Shown: piece by piece, positions 59,810 to 64,000 of the stretch
How the letters are laid out: every line of letters starts with the position of its first letter
Numbering within the stretch: the first letter of the stretch is position 1
Assembly: GCA_965214775.1 (NCBI GenBank)
Contig: OZ243974.1
Location: forward strand, 2,240,001-2,304,000
Origin: Nitrosopumilus sp.
Lineage (GTDB): Archaea; Thermoproteota; Nitrososphaeria; Nitrososphaerales; Nitrosopumilaceae
Length of the DNA: 64,000 nucleotides
Direction of reading: 5' to 3'
Made by a program: the position numbers and the translations under genes
The notes under the pieces: model-generated
Seen by the model: only the letters and a program-made list of their open reading frames with translations
Told to the model about the DNA's origin: nothing
Databases searched by the model: none

Positions 59810-60302
59810 CTTGTTCCTGTGTACAAGCTCCGGCGTCTTGGGCGACATGTTCCTCTTGTTCATCTCCCTTCTGATGGAGACGGGGTGGTACCACACGCCG
59901 GCCTTCTCATGTATGTCAGAGCACAGCTTCTTTGGCGTGATTATGCCGTCCTCAGCCGACTTTATGATCTTGGTGATGCGCTCTGGACTTACCCTGGGTG
60001 GTCTGCCGGTACGCGGCTGATCCCGGAGGGCCTTCATGCCGCCATTCTCAAAGCGTGTCATCCATTTGTATGCCCAGCCGACTGACTGCATGAGGCATTC
60101 TGTCGTATTTGCATAGCAGTCATCGTGTATGAATACCATGTTTACTGCGGCTATTCTGACCTTTACCTGCGAATCCTTTTCATTCTTGTATGCATCCTTC
60201 AGGCATACCACGCATGTTCCCGCCATGTGTCTTGTCAGAGACGGCGATCAAAATACGTTTCGATCCGGCGGGTTTATTTTCACGAACTTTTGTTTCACAC
60301 CA
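59810..60302 (-). pseudogene. Truncated IS630 (5' part) related to element A
   Basis: KDAYKNEKDSQVKVRIAAVNMVFIH matches 3882-4916; same terminus. Confidence 0.88.
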
Positions 60303-60458
60303 TATGCATGAAAAGGAAGAAATTCTTCCTCAAACTTAAATGCAAATTTTGCAATAACAGTATGAGAAATGCCTTATGAAGAAATATATTTTCAAAGATT
60401 AGAAGAAGACAACCCTGAAGATTATGCGAAATTAAAATCCAAAAAACCTGAATAATCT

Positions 60459-60803
60459 TCAGTCCTCCTTTGGCTTGTCTGAATCATCATTTTGATTACC
60501 TCCTGGACCGACCATGTCTTCTGATTTGACCTTGTTGTCCCAACCACCCTTCACTCCTTTGACTAATGAAATAACTCCTCCTGCAATCAAAGCTAGAGTT
60601 ATTCCAAAGAAAACTGTCTGATCAAATATTTTGTATGAACAATTGACTTCTTTAGGCGGCGCTTTGTCTGAATACTCATAACAAGTTCCAAATTCATCTG
60701 CTTCAAATGACGCTGCTTGGTAATCCTGACCAAAAACTCCTAGCACTCCAAACCCGATAAAAATCAAGACTACTCCAATCAGAGTAAATCTCATGTCACT
60801 CAT
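60459..60803 (-). CDS. Two-TM membrane protein
   Basis: Two hydrophobic segments around a Cys-pair loop. Confidence 0.8.
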   Translation of the reverse strand: MSDMRFTLIGVVLIFIGFGVLGVFGQDYQAASFEADEFGTCYEYSDKAPPKEVNCSYKIFDQTVFFGITLALIAGGVISLVKGVKGGWDNKVKSEDMVGPGGNQNDDSDKPKED

Positions 60804-60856
60804 ACAGTTTTTTTCAGATTGTCATATTTACGCTTTGACCTGCATTTGTTATGGCG

Positions 60857-61321
60857 TTATTTTTTCTCTAAATCTGCCTTCAAATTTTCTAATGATGCAT
60901 CATAGAAACTTTCCATAAATGTAACAAAATCCAGAAATTGCTTTTCTGTCATTTTCTTACTGTTGATATATGATTTCCATGTTAACTCGACTAAAGATCC
61001 TGACTTTGGCCTGATTGAAATTGTGGCAACATATGCTCTTAACGGCAATCCTTCAGTTGCAATATATGAAAAATATTCTTTTTCTTTCCAAGCAGTTACA
61101 TGCTCTTCAATCTTGCTTCCATCATCAAACGTGATCAGTCTTACGGCACCTACCCCTCTCTTTTTACTTGAAAGGTAGACTGTTTTCTTTACATCTACAA
61201 CCCATGTGGGCAAGCCTGCAATATCACTAATCTTCCTCCAGACTTTGTCTCTTGCTGCCTTGATTCTGATGGTTTTCTTGACTGACCCGGTATGAAATGC
61301 TTTTTTTGTTTTGTCTGCCAT
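60857..61321 (-). CDS. SRPBCC (polyketide cyclase/MxaD-like) protein
   Basis: DKVW..ISD….W, GVGAVR, LENLKA. Confidence 0.88.
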   Translation of the reverse strand: MADKTKKAFHTGSVKKTIRIKAARDKVWRKISDIAGLPTWVVDVKKTVYLSSKKRGVGAVRLITFDDGSKIEEHVTAWKEKEYFSYIATEGLPLRAYVATISIRPKSGSLVELTWKSYINSKKMTEKQFLDFVTFMESFYDASLENLKADLEKK

Positions 61322-61397
61322 GTGCTGTGTTTTTATCTGTCTGGATTTTAAATCTAGCCGTACAACCGTTTTTAATCCTCGTTGAATAACGATACTA

Positions 61398-62699
61398 ATG
61401 GTCTTTGGATGGGGAAAAAAGAAAGAGGAAAAGAAAGAGGAAAATCACGCAAAACAAGAAATCCCTCAGAACAAAGAAATCCAATATGCCGACATTCCAA
61501 AAATCATTGCTGATTTAAAACAACTACGCGAATCCCAAACGACTTCTGAAATCAAACACTTGAGAAATTCAACTGCCCCGCTCATTGAGGAATTAATCAG
61601 GATTGGCAACGTTCTAGAGAAAGACAGTTTGAAAGTAGACGACATTGACAGGCATCTGGCAATTATTGTCGTCCGTGGAAAAAAACAGGTGATAAGCGTG
61701 ATCAAAAAAGACGTAGTCCCCCTGCCTGAAGTCAAAACAATCGGGGATGCATCCAAGCTTAATTCATTGTTGGGTCAAATTTTAAAAAAGGTAGGAGATG
61801 TCTTGGGACGCCAAACACGAGTGATTCACATTTTTGCAAAAAAATATGCTGAACAACTAAAAAACAACTTGGAGGTCATGAATTCCAACCATGCAGAAAT
61901 TCAAAAACTATTAAAAAACTATCAGGACGGAAAAGATCTATCCGAACAAATCCTTAAATCGGTGGACGAAATTGACAAAATAAAAAAATCAAAAGAGCAT
62001 AAAATTGCCAAGATTTCTGAAACTAAAAATCTTCTTCAGAAAACTAACGCCTCTGTCTCCTTAATTGAAAACTCTGTCGAAAAAATCAAGTCTTCAGAGC
62101 ACTATAAGAAATACTTGGAGTTGGAATCTTCATTGGACAGTCTCACAAACAAAAAATCTCAAATTAAAAATTCGATTTACGCCCAGTTTACAAAAATCTC
62201 AAGACCCTTGAGCAGATACGAATACGGTTCCTCTTTGGATAAGGAACAAAAAAACCTGTTGACTCAGCTAGTAAATGACCCGTTTGACATCTTACTTCCT
62301 AAAAACAGGGATCCGATCATAACAATATTGGAAAATGTGAAGAAGGGAATTGTCTCTGGTTCCATTTCTGTAAAAGATCAAGACAAATCAATGCAGCAGA
62401 TCACCGAAGTTGAAGAGTCATTGGATTCTCTCATTTCCCGTGTATTGGAACACTCTGAAAAACTCAATTCTCTGCAAAACGAACTAGACTCATACGATCT
62501 GACAGAATTTAACAATAAAAAAAATGACTTGGAAAAAAACCATTCATTGCAAAAAGCACTGCAATTAAAACTAGAGTCCTTTCAAGAAGAGGTCAACGAA
62601 TGTGAGGCAAAAATCCCTGCTGTCATATGTGAAGTTCAGACAATGATGCAAAACTATTCAAACACAAAGTATGTCGTACTAGACTCAAAATTAAATTAG
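61398..62699 (+). CDS. Long coiled-coil protein
   Basis: MVFGWGKKK start; heptad-rich. Confidence 0.8.
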   Translation: MVFGWGKKKEEKKEENHAKQEIPQNKEIQYADIPKIIADLKQLRESQTTSEIKHLRNSTAPLIEELIRIGNVLEKDSLKVDDIDRHLAIIVVRGKKQVISVIKKDVVPLPEVKTIGDASKLNSLLGQILKKVGDVLGRQTRVIHIFAKKYAEQLKNNLEVMNSNHAEIQKLLKNYQDGKDLSEQILKSVDEIDKIKKSKEHKIAKISETKNLLQKTNASVSLIENSVEKIKSSEHYKKYLELESSLDSLTNKKSQIKNSIYAQFTKISRPLSRYEYGSSLDKEQKNLLTQLVNDPFDILLPKNRDPIITILENVKKGIVSGSISVKDQDKSMQQITEVEESLDSLISRVLEHSEKLNSLQNELDSYDLTEFNNKKNDLEKNHSLQKALQLKLESFQEEVNECEAKIPAVICEVQTMMQNYSNTKYVVLDSKLN

Positions 62700-62719
62700 T
62701 CAAGAAATCAAGTAATTGT

Positions 62720-63136
62720 ATGATTTTTAAAAAGAAGAAACTGGAACGTAAGGTTATGATCAGAAAAGACGTTGTGCAAAGCATTCTGTCTTACTGTCAA
62801 ATGAAGCATCCTAATGAAGGAATTTTGATTTTAAAAGGCAAGTCAAGACAAGGGGAGATCAAAATTGACGGACTGGTCATTCCTCCATTCAGTTATACGG
62901 GCCCCACATTTGCAGGGTTCCTGCATTCCTTTTTGCCATTTGACATGAGCTACGTGGGAATGGTACATTCACATCCAAGTGGTTCTGCAGAGCCCTCTGT
63001 AACTGATTTGCATAATTTCTTTGGATTGATTTCCCTCATCGTCAAAACCCCTTACAAGGATGATTGCATTTTTGCCTGGGACAGCGGAGGGAATTCTGTG
63101 CCTCTCTCCATCATCGAGGAATCCCAAGAGCCGTAA
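62720..63136 (+). CDS. JAMM/MPN+ metalloprotease
   Basis: PNE…VHSHPSG…PSVTD. Confidence 0.9.
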   Translation: MIFKKKKLERKVMIRKDVVQSILSYCQMKHPNEGILILKGKSRQGEIKIDGLVIPPFSYTGPTFAGFLHSFLPFDMSYVGMVHSHPSGSAEPSVTDLHNFFGLISLIVKTPYKDDCIFAWDSGGNSVPLSIIEESQEP

Positions 63137-63149
63137 AAACGCCTGAAAA

Positions 63150-63533
63150 ATGTTGACAAAACTTTATAACATATTTTGCGATACGATCATTGAATTGTTC
63201 AATTACAAAACATATCTGATTTTCTTGTTTGCTTCTTTGGCTATCAGTATTGGATTGCAAATGGTCCTGCCTTTCCCATATGGATTGGGCGCCGCCCTTG
63301 CAATCTTCATTGCCTTTCCGCTGATTCTCAGAAGACGCTACATGAGCCGCATGAGGGGCAGTTATGGCAGTGGCAGCAGCGATTCTGGCATCGGCGGGGG
63401 CAGAGGATTCTTTGGAATGGGATCTTCAAATTCGTCTGGCGGGATCCGTTACGTATGCTTGGTATGCAACAATAAACACAAGGGCGGAAGCTGTCCCCGA
63501 TGTGGCTCAAAAATGAGAAGAGCTGATTTCTAA
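63150..63533 (+). CDS. Membrane protein with Gly-rich linker and C-terminal Zn ribbon
   Basis: 2 TM; CLVC…CPRCGS. Confidence 0.8.
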   Translation: MLTKLYNIFCDTIIELFNYKTYLIFLFASLAISIGLQMVLPFPYGLGAALAIFIAFPLILRRRYMSRMRGSYGSGSSDSGIGGGRGFFGMGSSNSSGGIRYVCLVCNNKHKGGSCPRCGSKMRRADF

Positions 63534-63543
63534 CTTAGATGGC

Positions 63544-63867
63544 ATGTCCTCCTCCTCCTCTTTGGATGCACTCAAAGAAAAAGTAATTTTTCATAATTCA
63601 GTCGACGTCTGGATTGCTGCATGCGGAGAAAAAAATATTCAATGGGCTAGCCCCCCTGATTATAAAAAATTCATTGCATATTTACTCAAAAATAACCTGA
63701 ATCTCAAGGCGTTTAACCTGTGTGCCCATGATGCCGGTGCCATCGAAGAAGAGAAAACAAAATTTGCTGAAACACTTGCAGAAACAAAAGACGATCCAAA
63801 CTCGCAAACCTACACCATCAAATTAACCGACTCTGCACTTGAAATAATCCGAAGTTATTCTTTTTAA
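63544..63867 (+). CDS. Hypothetical protein
   Basis: 107-aa ORF, co-oriented with neighbours. Confidence 0.75.
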   Translation: MSSSSSLDALKEKVIFHNSVDVWIAACGEKNIQWASPPDYKKFIAYLLKNNLNLKAFNLCAHDAGAIEEEKTKFAETLAETKDDPNSQTYTIKLTDSALEIIRSYSF

Positions 63868-64000
63868 TTATCTTCTGAGTTTTGGATTTACAATTGCATC
63901 TAATGCATTTCCAATAAAGACAAAAGCTAGGCCTGTAACTGCAATCATCACCCCTGGTGGCATTATCCACCACCATAATCCCCTTGCAGCTGCGCCAAAT
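63868..64000 (-). CDS. Peptide ABC transporter permease (DppC/OppC-like), C-terminus only
   Basis: WWWIMPPG…AFVFIGNALDAIVNPKLRR*. Confidence 0.85.
   Translation of the reverse strand, partial: FGAAARGLWWWIMPPGVMIAVTGLAFVFIGNALDAIVNPKLRR

Noticed and set aside
60369-60455. 28-aa ORF MPYEEIYFQRLEEDNPEDYAKLKSKKPE
   Set aside because: Protein-like but too short to support without conservation data; it may be a gene remnant beside the IS.

Overview
This is a chromosomal segment of a Nitrosopumilus-like thaumarchaeon (inferred from the gene set). Core genes include tfb, cdvA, fen, psmB, trmI, a thyX-like gene, acs, birA, hom, msrA/msrB, a phaC-phaE cluster, 'PxWIRNNAxWW' surface proteins and tRNA-Ser(CGA). 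The AT-richer backbone is heavily invaded by GC-richer IS elements (IS630, ISH3, IS5, IS481, IS66, IS6-like) and several MITE families. Many are nested, and at least four host or accessory genes are split. The most striking signal is in two unrelated transposase genes (IS481-type at 9808-9915, IS6-like at 57249-57357). Each carries an exact 37-bp duplication of its own coding sequence around a unique 34-35-bp insert. That is the geometry of a single CRISPR spacer-acquisition event, but here it lies outside any array. Also notable: a 6.9-kb unit flanked by a 14-bp direct repeat that carries a multidomain secreted serine protease and appears to have been moved by an IS481 end plus a surrogate end; IS630-type elements with non-TA target duplications (CG, TGT); an MNT-HEPN pair with a triplicated operator and an IS-split HEPN gene; and a B12-binding protein with a transposase-like N-terminus. 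All family calls come from motif recognition by eye; no searches were run.
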